Shown: positions 18,156 to 27,900 of the stretch, one piece after another | How the letters are laid out: each line of letters starts with the position of its first letter | Numbering within the stretch: the stretch's first letter is position 1 | Source of the DNA: a virus | Taxonomy: Duplodnaviria > Caudoviricetes | Strand: one strand, 5' to 3' | Virus record (IMG/VR): IMGVR_UViG_3300020042_002426 | Span: 1-43,128 of that record | Length of the DNA: 43,128 nt | The notes under the pieces: generated by a model | Told to the model about the DNA's origin: nothing | Databases searched by the model: none | What the model saw: only the letters and a program-made list of their open reading frames with translations | Position numbers and translations under genes: made by a program

Positions 18156-20140
18156 TGGGTGCAGTAGTAGAGGTTATTGAAGACGTCGGTGGCGGCATTA
18201 TTGAAGCCGCTGGCGATGTTGTCGAAAGTGTTGGAAACGTACTCTCTGACGTTGGTGACGCAATTGACACTTATGTCATTCAGCCCATCCTGGATGATCC
18301 GCTTACGGCCATTGCAAGTGTTGCAGCCGCCGTATATCTAGGACCAGTTGCTGCCTCTTACTTTGGGACAAGCGCGGCAGTTGGTACAGGCTTGGCTGTT
18401 GCTGCTGGAAATACGGCAGCAGGCTTAGTTCAAGGCGAAAGCTTTGACGAGGCAATCAAGGGCGGCACAATAGCTGGCTTAACGGCAGGGGCAGTTCAAG
18501 GCATCTTTGGTCCAAGTGCCGTTGGCGAAGGTGCCATGGGTCCTCCTGCTCCTGCGGGCCTGGGTGAAAACTTTGTTGGACCCCCAATGGAGAGTGGTTC
18601 TTATTTCACAGAGCCTGTGGCTACGTCAACGCCAGTTGATCTTTCCCCGCCTCCTTCACCTGTAGGGGACCTGCCTCCTTTAGAAGCAAATGCGCCGGCA
18701 CCTGCCCCTGAGTTAACGCCTGAAGTTCAAGTACAAGACAGCCCATTAAGAGGCGTAACACCGAAGAAGATAACACTTCCAGGTGAGACAATCTCTCCTT
18801 CTTCTCCATTGTCAATGGACTACTCGGTGCCTAAGGTTGACTTGACTACAGGACTGCCTCAAGGACCAGGACTTCAAGCCAATCCGTTTACGCCTGCAAA
18901 TTCTTTTGACATCTACGGCGAACCTAACTTCAGTATGTCAGGATCGCCTAACGTAACATCAGGTCCTGGCGCGCAGATACCTGATTCGCCCTACATAAGC
19001 AGGATGGGTGGAGCACAGGGCATGACTGTGCCTGTTCAAGGCATGGATCAGTTTACCTATGGACCTGGCGCAGGAGATTCTGTTGGGTATTCTTCTAATT
19101 GGAAGTATGGACTTAATGAAACTACCTATGGAAACGCAACTCCTGACGGCACCGTCAGCGCAAAAGGCTTTACTCCTAATCAGCCCAACATCTCTTACGG
19201 CAACGAAAACATTGGAGAGATGAGCGCTTTTGACAAGTTCACAAGTGGCGACCTTACGGGAGCAGTCAAGGATCTTGGCACTGATGCCTGGGATTACGCA
19301 AAGAGTGTGGCTACAGAGTACCCCAAGACGACAATCGCTGCCGGCTTAGTAGCGGCAGACCAGCTGTTAAATCCTAGAGATAAGCCAGAGCCTCCAAAGC
19401 CAACTAGCGGCAAGACTCGTGATGCCCGCTTTGACAAAGGCCTTGACTTGTATTCGTACTTGAGAGACCGTCAAAACTACCAAGGCGACTTGACAAAGTA
19501 TGGTCAACAAGGCGGTGAACAAAACTTCTTTGCAAATGAGCGCTTTGTGCCGATTCCTATTGCTGCAAAAATGGGTGGCTTGATTCAGATGAAGCACTTT
19601 GCTCAAGGCGGTCAGATGATGGATCCCCGCAGAGCCCAGATGATGCAGGCCATGGCCCAACAGCGACCTGCTGGTATGGGCGGTCCTCAGACTAGTCGCC
19701 CAATGCCTCCTCAAGGCGGACGCCCTCCAATGATGCAACCTCAGGGCGGTCCTCAAGGGGGTCTCCAACAAGGCATGCCTCCACAACAAGCCCAGCGTCC
19801 TCAAATGCCACAACGTCCTCGTGACCCCAAAATGGCCTACTACCAATATGGCAACCCACCTCAGGCAAAAGCTATGGGGGGCCTCAGCCAAGTGCACAGC
19901 ATGAAGATTGGTGGAGGCGCAGACGGTCGTTCAGACGATGTAAACGCTGTCTTGTCTGACGGTGAATACGTGATGGACGCTGAGACCGTAGCAATGCTTG
20001 GAAATGGATCCTCTAAGGCAGGAGCCCAGCAGCTTGACCAGATGCGTTCTAATTTGCGCAAGCAAAAAGGACAAGCCTTGTCACGCGGCCAAATCAGCCC
20101 GGACGCTAAGAGTCCGTTGTCATACTTGAGAGGAGCCTAA
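18155..20140 (+). CDS. internal virion/ejection protein with xxxGG motifs and C-terminal GxxDGRSDDVxAxLSDGEYV domain
   Basis: Gly/Ala hydrophobic N-terminus, Pro-rich middle, AKMGG/FAQGG/KAMGG, Gln/Pro/Met tract. Confidence 0.65.
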   Translation: MGAVVEVIEDVGGGIIEAAGDVVESVGNVLSDVGDAIDTYVIQPILDDPLTAIASVAAAVYLGPVAASYFGTSAAVGTGLAVAAGNTAAGLVQGESFDEAIKGGTIAGLTAGAVQGIFGPSAVGEGAMGPPAPAGLGENFVGPPMESGSYFTEPVATSTPVDLSPPPSPVGDLPPLEANAPAPAPELTPEVQVQDSPLRGVTPKKITLPGETISPSSPLSMDYSVPKVDLTTGLPQGPGLQANPFTPANSFDIYGEPNFSMSGSPNVTSGPGAQIPDSPYISRMGGAQGMTVPVQGMDQFTYGPGAGDSVGYSSNWKYGLNETTYGNATPDGTVSAKGFTPNQPNISYGNENIGEMSAFDKFTSGDLTGAVKDLGTDAWDYAKSVATEYPKTTIAAGLVAADQLLNPRDKPEPPKPTSGKTRDARFDKGLDLYSYLRDRQNYQGDLTKYGQQGGEQNFFANERFVPIPIAAKMGGLIQMKHFAQGGQMMDPRRAQMMQAMAQQRPAGMGGPQTSRPMPPQGGRPPMMQPQGGPQGGLQQGMPPQQAQRPQMPQRPRDPKMAYYQYGNPPQAKAMGGLSQVHSMKIGGGADGRSDDVNAVLSDGEYVMDAETVAMLGNGSSKAGAQQLDQMRSNLRKQKGQALSRGQISPDAKSPLSYLRGA

Positions 20141-20141
20141 T

Positions 20142-21560
20142 ATGGCGTTCACTGACTTCCTGTTTCAAGGCGCTCCTCCGCCATCGGTCACGACTTATGG
20201 CGAGACCACAACCAACGTTCCTGCTTGGTACAACGACTATACGCAGGGCTTGATCAGTAGGGCAAACGCCATTGCTGCCGAGCCTTATCAAGCTTATGGT
20301 CAGCAGCGAATAGCAGGTCTTGATCCGGCACAAACATCCGCCTACAACAAGGCAACAAATCTTGAGAGTCAGTACTCTCCATTCATGAACCTGGCGCAGC
20401 AGAACATTCAAGGATCAGCTGGAAGTACGTTAAGTGCAGCTCAACCGTATATCAACACGGCTCTAGGCTACAACCCATACGCGACAGCCCAGCCACTGCT
20501 AGGCGAGTCAGCCGGCCTCTTGCGTCAGCAAGTTGGAGATACCAGCGCCTTGGCCCAACCGTATTTTCAGCAGGCTGGTCAACTGACTAGTCAGGGAACT
20601 CAATCAGCCGCTGGTCTGGCAACCCCATACCTTCAGCAGGCTTCTGACCTGTCGCAGCAAGGAGCTCAAACAGGTCTTGGTAACATCCAAGACTACATGA
20701 ACCCATACACCGATCAGGTGGTCAACCGTATTGGGGAACTTGGTGCCCGCAACCTAAAAGAAAACCTGCTGCCTAACATTCAGGACCGCGCCATTCAGGC
20801 CGGTACATTTGGCGGTAGCCGCAGTGGTGAAGCTATTGGACGCGCTTTGCGTGATACCCAAGAATCTACCTTGGCCCAACAATCTGCAGCCCTTCAACAA
20901 GGCTACGGACAAGCTGGCCAGTTACTGCAAGCTGATCGTGGTCGCCAATTGCAGGCAGCTCAACAGCAACAAGCTCTTGGCCAAACGACTGCCGGCTTAA
21001 CTGCCGCAGACTACCAACGCATGTTGGCAGGTGCTCAACAGCAAGCTGCCATGGGGCAATCTGCTGCCGGCTTAGAAGGCGCAGACCTTGCAAGATACGG
21101 TCAGGCTGGGGCACAGATTGGAGCCCTTGGTCAGATGCAAGGACAACTGGCGGGTCAGGCGGGAGCCCAAAACCTGCAAGCCGGTCAGCAGGTCGGTACC
21201 TTGTCTAATCAAGACTTTACTCGTATGCTGCAGTCTGGTCAGGCACTTGGGGCACTTGGTCAACAGACCCAACAGATGGGCATGCAAAACATTGCAGGTC
21301 TGGAGGCGGCTGGTGCCACACAACAACAGCAAGCTCAGCGTTCTTTGGATCAGGCCTACCAAGACTTCTTGAACCAACGCGACTATGGACGTGGCAACAC
21401 GGCCTATTTGAATGCAGCCATCAGGGGTTTGCAGGTACCAACATCAACTACCACCGAATCAAGCGGTCCTGCCAGCGTCTATCAACCTTCGCCACTGGCC
21501 CAGTTTGGTCAAATTGCCGCAACTGGTTATGGCCTCAACAAGCTGTTTGGCGGAAAATAA
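20142..21560 (+). CDS. Gln/Ala/Gly-rich DNA pilot/ejection protein
   Basis: YMNPYTDQVV, AGTFGGSR, LDQAYQDF motifs; ~22-aa AQPY/ATPY repeats. Confidence 0.7.
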   Translation: MAFTDFLFQGAPPPSVTTYGETTTNVPAWYNDYTQGLISRANAIAAEPYQAYGQQRIAGLDPAQTSAYNKATNLESQYSPFMNLAQQNIQGSAGSTLSAAQPYINTALGYNPYATAQPLLGESAGLLRQQVGDTSALAQPYFQQAGQLTSQGTQSAAGLATPYLQQASDLSQQGAQTGLGNIQDYMNPYTDQVVNRIGELGARNLKENLLPNIQDRAIQAGTFGGSRSGEAIGRALRDTQESTLAQQSAALQQGYGQAGQLLQADRGRQLQAAQQQQALGQTTAGLTAADYQRMLAGAQQQAAMGQSAAGLEGADLARYGQAGAQIGALGQMQGQLAGQAGAQNLQAGQQVGTLSNQDFTRMLQSGQALGALGQQTQQMGMQNIAGLEAAGATQQQQAQRSLDQAYQDFLNQRDYGRGNTAYLNAAIRGLQVPTSTTTESSGPASVYQPSPLAQFGQIAATGYGLNKLFGGK

Positions 21561-21569
21561 GGATACAAC

Positions 21570-24500
21570 ATGGCATTCGAAGATGACGCAGACAACGAAC
21601 TAGACACGGCAGACGAACAAGGGAGTGCTAGCAGCCAAGTCGTCTCTTCGACTGGCTATACCTCTTCAAGGGGCGCGGCCAATCCTTACACTGGGCAGCT
21701 TCAAGCACTGCTCACCAAATACCTTCAAAACAGTGAAAAAACATCGACTGATAAGCAGGCCTTGTTGGATAAGGCCCGTGCGCGGATCATGGCTAGGTCC
21801 GCTGGTCCGGACTCGGCAGAGATGGCGTTTCGTCTTGCAGCTGCTTTTGGCAAGCCAACTAAGACTGGTGGCTTTGGTGAGACGATCAGCAATGTTGCTG
21901 AGGCGACTGCTGAAGGCCTAACTTCACAGCGCAAGACTAAGCAGGAACTGGAAGACCTTACGCTCAAGTATGACTTGGCAGCTTCTGACGTTCAGGGTGA
22001 AAAGTACAAGACCCAAGTGGGCGCCTTGTCTGCTCTTGCTCGTTCAACTCCAAAGGATCGCCTGACCGAGATTGAGAAGATGCAGGAGATCATCGATGAT
22101 CCTAGGGCCAATCAGAAAGCCAAGGACAACGCTCAGGCCCGCATCACTTACTTGACCACTAGACCATCATCGGCGCCTAAAGCCACTGAGGTTGAAAAAC
22201 TCATTGACAAGATCAATGATCCAAATACACCAGCTTCTTCTAAGGCAATCTTAAAGCAGCGACTGAATAAGCTCAACTACATAGCTCCTGAAGCCAAGGC
22301 TGATCGCGATGCTGATAAGCCTCTATCAACTCCTGGCAAGATTGCCAAGGATGAAGGCTTGATTCCAGGAACACCAGAATATCAGGCCCGCGTAAAAGCG
22401 CTGACTGGCGAAGGTAAGGGCATGAACCTGAGTGCCCAAGAGCAAAAGGAATTGTTTGAGGCTGAAGACATTGTCAATGCTAGCAAATCAGTCCTTTTGA
22501 ACTTGAGCAAGGCCAAGGAATTAAATAACAAGGCGTATTCTGGTTTTGGAGCAGGAGCGCGTCGTACCATCGCACGCAACATCCCAGGCGTTAGCGAATC
22601 AGAAGGCGTTACCGCAACCACAGAGATCGAGAACTTGGTCCTGTCAAACGGCCTAGATCAGTTAAAAGCTATCTTTGGTGGCGCTCCAACCGAAGGCGAA
22701 CGTAAGATCTTGCTTGACATTCAAGGCTCTATCAGCATGAGCCCTGGAGAACGCGAGAAAATCTGGGACAGGGCTATGCAGGCGGCTGCCCGCCGCATGA
22801 AGACTAGCCAAGAGAAGATGGAAAAGATCCGCAAGGGTGCTTACGGCAAGATCACGCCTGAAGCAAATGCAGATGGTGGCCTGGTCGGATATGCCGACGG
22901 TGGTCCTATACACATGGCTAATGGCGGCGAGATGTCCTTTGCAAACATGGGGCGCGCCGTGGGCCAGGGCCTAGGTCTTGGTTTTGGCGACGAGGCAATT
23001 GCCAAGGTTCGTGCCAAGATGGAAGGACGCCCCTACGAAGACGTGGTCAAAGAAGAACGCGAAGCTTACCAGCGCTTTCAGGAAAAAAATCCTTTTACAG
23101 CCTTGGGCACCGAACTGGTCTCAGGCCTAGTTCCAACCATTGGTATGGCCATGATCCCAGGAGCTGGCACCCCAGGAGCAGTGCTTGGTGGTACACGTAC
23201 CGCCATGGCAGCACAACGCTTGGCTTCGGCACTTCCTAAGTTTATGACTGGCACGACTGCTAAGGCAGCCGGTTCAGGAGCCGTGACTGGCACAATTGCA
23301 GGAGCTGGTTCCGAGACCGAGGGCAACAGAACTAGCGGCGCAGTCTCAGGTGGAACAACAGGAGCAGTCCTCGGCCCAGTGGTAGGTAAAACAATCCAGC
23401 TTGGCGGCAAAGGAATTCGCGCCGTCAAGAATGCCATTAAACCTTCTCCTGGTGCCGTTGAGCAAAGAGCTACCAACAAGGTCCTTGAGGCCATGGCTCG
23501 TGATGACCTGGATGCAAAAGGACTGACAGACAAGCTAAACAAGGACATCAACCTTGGTGTCAAGTCCACCATCATGGATGCAAGTCCGTCTTTGTCAAGC
23601 CTTGGCGAAGCCGTGGTAACGCGTCCAGGACCAGGTCGCAAGATTCTTGGTACTGGCCTAGAGGAGCGTCTGGAAGGTGGTCGCGAAGCTGCCGCAGGAC
23701 GTGCCCTAAAAGACATCGGCAAGAACGTAGACTACGTCGCGCAAGAAGATACCTTGGTGGGCAAGCTTCGTGCCAATGCGAACAATCTCTACAACACAGC
23801 CTATGCTCATGGCTCAGTAGACGATACACGCATCTTGAAGGTCTTGGAGGATGATACCTTTAAGAAAGCATTCAAGGAAGCTCAAGCAATTTCTGGCAAA
23901 GAAGCTCGTGCAGCAGAACTGCGTGGAGAAGATGCTAGCCGCTTTAAGCTGCAAGACATCTACGGTGTAGACAAAGACGGCAACCTGACTACGGTCGGCA
24001 AGATCCCTGATGTCCGCACGCTTGATTACATCAAACGCGGTATTGATGCCTTGATTGATAAGGGCTACCGTGGTGAAGGTATGTCTAAGGCCGAAGCCAA
24101 CGCGCTTAAAGACCTCAAGAAGGCCTACGTCAGCGTCATTGACGAGAACGTCCCAGAGTATGCCGCGGCGCGTGCAAAGTATGCAGGCGATATGGAAGTA
24201 TTGGACGCACTCAGACTTGGCCGTACGGACTACCTTAGCCCCAAGATGCTGCCAGCTGAAGCCAAGAAGGTGGTTGATGCTATGTCAGACGGCGAGCGCG
24301 ATGCCTTGCGTGCCGGTGTAGCTCAGTCACTTTTGACTAAGGTCATGGACGCACCCCAACAAGTCAATGCAGCTCAACGAATCATTGGAGCCCCAGCAAC
24401 TCGTAAACGTCTTGAGGCCTTGTTCCAAGACCCCAACGAATACAAGGTATTTGAGGCTGCCATGCAGCGCGAGTCCGAGTTGTTCCGTAACGCGCAGAAC

Positions 24501-24935
24501 ATCATTCGCGGTAGCCGGACAGCCAACAAGCAAGAAGCCATTGCAGACTTAAAGTCTGGCTCAGGTATCTTCGACATTGCAGGTGAAGCTGTTGACGTAG
24601 CTGTGGGATCCCCGGGCTCCGTGATTGGTCGCGTCTTGAAATATTTGCAGGCGCGCACGACCTTGGATGAAAAGAGCGCAGGCGAGATAGCTACTATGCT
24701 CAAGTCAGGTACGGTTCAAGAGATGCAAGACGTGTTGAATCGCCTGGAAGCTAGCAGCGCCAAGTTTATCGAGGGCCGTGAAAAAGCAGCCACTCGTCTC
24801 AAGACCATCTCTGGCACAGTTGGAGCTGCAGCCCCAACAACTCCTAAGGCTGCTGCCGAAGTAGAAGCCGCACCGGAAGGCGAGACGGACGACGAGAAAA
24901 TTGAACGCATCATGCGGAGCCTCAACAATGAGTGA
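21570..24935 (+). CDS. large DNA ejection protein; two modules joined by a triple GG linker
   Basis: NADGG-YADGG-MANGG at 22866-22928; second module starts with GQGLGLGFGDEA and Gly-rich TM-like segments. Confidence 0.7.
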   Translation: MAFEDDADNELDTADEQGSASSQVVSSTGYTSSRGAANPYTGQLQALLTKYLQNSEKTSTDKQALLDKARARIMARSAGPDSAEMAFRLAAAFGKPTKTGGFGETISNVAEATAEGLTSQRKTKQELEDLTLKYDLAASDVQGEKYKTQVGALSALARSTPKDRLTEIEKMQEIIDDPRANQKAKDNAQARITYLTTRPSSAPKATEVEKLIDKINDPNTPASSKAILKQRLNKLNYIAPEAKADRDADKPLSTPGKIAKDEGLIPGTPEYQARVKALTGEGKGMNLSAQEQKELFEAEDIVNASKSVLLNLSKAKELNNKAYSGFGAGARRTIARNIPGVSESEGVTATTEIENLVLSNGLDQLKAIFGGAPTEGERKILLDIQGSISMSPGEREKIWDRAMQAAARRMKTSQEKMEKIRKGAYGKITPEANADGGLVGYADGGPIHMANGGEMSFANMGRAVGQGLGLGFGDEAIAKVRAKMEGRPYEDVVKEEREAYQRFQEKNPFTALGTELVSGLVPTIGMAMIPGAGTPGAVLGGTRTAMAAQRLASALPKFMTGTTAKAAGSGAVTGTIAGAGSETEGNRTSGAVSGGTTGAVLGPVVGKTIQLGGKGIRAVKNAIKPSPGAVEQRATNKVLEAMARDDLDAKGLTDKLNKDINLGVKSTIMDASPSLSSLGEAVVTRPGPGRKILGTGLEERLEGGREAAAGRALKDIGKNVDYVAQEDTLVGKLRANANNLYNTAYAHGSVDDTRILKVLEDDTFKKAFKEAQAISGKEARAAELRGEDASRFKLQDIYGVDKDGNLTTVGKIPDVRTLDYIKRGIDALIDKGYRGEGMSKAEANALKDLKKAYVSVIDENVPEYAAARAKYAGDMEVLDALRLGRTDYLSPKMLPAEAKKVVDAMSDGERDALRAGVAQSLLTKVMDAPQQVNAAQRIIGAPATRKRLEALFQDPNEYKVFEAAMQRESELFRNAQNIIRGSRTANKQEAIADLKSGSGIFDIAGEAVDVAVGSPGSVIGRVLKYLQARTTLDEKSAGEIATMLKSGTVQEMQDVLNRLEASSAKFIEGREKAATRLKTISGTVGAAAPTTPKAAAEVEAAPEGETDDEKIERIMRSLNNE

Positions 24936-27900
24936 TCTTGACAAACTTGAAAAGAAGTATGAAAAAGGTAGCAAGGCCAAGGAGATTCGCGAGTCTACTC
25001 TAAAGCTCAAAGAGACTCCGTCTAATCCTGACACCAAGAGAGCTTTTGAAGGCCGCAAGGAGACACTTGAATCCATGATCAGGGCTGCCAAGCAGGCGAC
25101 AGCTGGCTTTAGGAGCCAGTGGTCAGGTCTTGACGATGAGGGCAAGGTTGGTATGGGCAAAGGAACTCCTGGCATCTACTACGAAACAGCCGCCCTACCT
25201 GCCATACTCGGCGAAAAATACGCGCCAGACTTTGCTGTGGCAGCTGAAGAAAAGAGCGGCAAGATTAGGGAAGCCATTCGCAAGGACATGAACATCAATG
25301 AGCCTAAAGGTGCTCTTGAACATTTTTCCTATGCTGGCGGCCAGATGCTTGGACAGATACCGGTGCCTGGGGCCTGGATGAACAAGATAGTTGGCGGAGT
25401 AAAAAAGCTGGGAACAACTGGCAAGGTGGCTGCTGCCCCACTCGAATACTTTACGCCAACTGTTGATCCAAGAGCCGTCAACTATGGAATTGGCACTGCA
25501 TTTGGAGGAACATTGGGCACGGTGCTTGAAGAAGAACCAAACAAAAAAGCTCTTGGTGGTCTTATTCAAAAATACGAGAACGGCGGCAAGGTAGGTAAGC
25601 TTAAAAAGGTAGTTCAAGCCATTACAGGACCTTCTAAAAAAGACCCTATTCAAGCTGCAAAAGTTGAAGCTAAAAAAGAAGCTGCAGCCAAGCCAAAATC
25701 AAAAAAAGTTTACTATCACGGCACAACCGATAAAGAGATCGATCCAAGCAAAGGCATCCAGACATTTGAATTTGGGCACCCTGACAATCTAAAGTTTTTT
25801 ACTCCATCTCCTGAGTTTGCATCAGAATATGCTGGAGTTCATTTGCCAAACTGGAAATACGCCCAAGTTAATGAAATTGAGGGTGAGCCTGGAGGCTCTA
25901 TTTATCCTGTGCACATAGAGCTTGGAAAGCATTGGGACTATTCAACCAAAGAGGGCCGTGAAGAGATCAAGAATTTTTTAAAAGAAGAACGCGAATCTAC
26001 TCGTCCAACAAGAGATCCGGAGTATAAGGACCTTAAAGAGGGATATTGGGAAAACATCGAGCGTAACTATGATTTTTTAGATTACCTAAGAAACAAGGGC
26101 TATGATTCAATCACCATGAACGAGAATGGTATTAGAAACATTGGCGTTTGGAACACTAATAACATCAAAAGTGTTTTTGAAGATCCAGATCAAAAAGCTC
26201 TTGGTGGTCTCATCCAGAAGTACGAGAACGGCGGCAAGGTAGGCAAGGTCAAGTCGTTCTTTTCTGCCGTTGACAAGGCGATTGACACCCTGAAGCAAAA
26301 GAAGGGAACTGGAGAACAGATCCTTAAGCAGCTTGAGGCAACTCCTGGTGTGAAAAAAGAAGAACTTGAAGCTCGTGGCATCAAGCAAAAGCTGCAAGCA
26401 TCTCCTAAGATTACCCAAGAAGAATTGCAAAAAGTTGCTCGACAAAACAAGCCGTCAATTCCAAAACGAATTAAGTTAGGTCAAGGTATTGATCCTGATT
26501 GGCAGCCTAGGCTTGAAAAAAATCTTCAAGAAGCCCTTGACGAGCTTAACATTCAACCAGTAGTCGATCCAAGTACTGGCCAAAATTTTGGCTTTATGCA
26601 TCCTGAGACAGGAGAGATTCTTGATCGCAAGGAGGTTCGTGCTTTAACTCCAGAAGAGTTAGGGCTTCCAATCAATCCTGAGACCGGCAAAATTCCATTT
26701 GACGACAAAGAATCTAGTCTCCTTTACGCAAATGTACGGAAAGCAGTGGACGAGGCTGATCAGCAGTTTAACTTGGCGCTAAAAGAAACAAAGACCAAGT
26801 TTCACTCCATGAGTAAAAGCGGCGGCAAAGACAACTATCGCGAGATATTGCTACAGAATCAGGACGAACAAGTTCCCGGTGCTCCTGCAATAAGTCAACG
26901 GATTGATGAACTACTAAAAAGTAATCCCGAGACAGAAGAGCAAGCAAAAGCAGTCAACGAAGAGCTTGACTCGTTGCTTGACAAAATAAGTTCCAAGCGC
27001 CAAAGTTTTACTGCAGGACACTGGAACCAGCCAGACGTCATGGCGCATTATCGCGTATCAGACATGACTGGACCTAACGGCGAGAAAGTCTTGTACGTTG
27101 ACGAGATTCAATCTGACTGGCACCAAAGAGCCAGGGACTCTCGCAAGCGTGAGATCAAAAGAATGGTCAATCAGGAGAGTGACAGCATTCGTAATCAGGC
27201 GATGGAGGAACTTACTAACGCAAATGATCCTGCTTTGAAATATACTTACGACATTTGGCACAATCATTTCTTAGATAGTGGAACAAGCCCAGAAGTAGCT
27301 GCCTCTGTTGCAAAGCAAAGAGCCGCCGACACATACTTCAAGATGCCTGAAAATGCCGCAAAATTAAAGGCGGCGCAGCTTAGGATAAAGAAAGAACGGA
27401 CAGTGCAGCTTGAAAAAGAAGTTGACGAGAACTTTGGCTACAAGACGCCAGATGACGATGAAAAGCTCTATCAGCTGAATTCTCAGATGGAACGTATTCG
27501 CAACACTGGTTTGACCACTGAAGAATTAAAAGATTACTTCCAACCAGGAAAAATTGTTTCTGGCTTTGGCGGCAAAGACAAGGTGTTGTCATTTAATTCA
27601 GGCGAAAACTCTGAAGCCTTTAAACAATCTTACGAACGCAAGCTGGCTCGGGCCAAGAGCGCTGGAATTGATGAAGCAGCGGCTGAGGGATGGGCCAGAC
27701 GAAGAGCTCTTGCAGATGCCGGCGACGGTTGGTCTGTGACTGTTATTGAAGTTGATCCGGCAACGGGTCAGCCTCGCAAGGGAGCTAGTCAACGTACACA
27801 TTCAACTTCACCTGGTAGCCACGTGGTTGATGAACTTAGAAAACAGTCAGAAGCCATTGAAAGCAAAGTGCCAGATGCTCCATTTAAAAAGAATTGGCAT

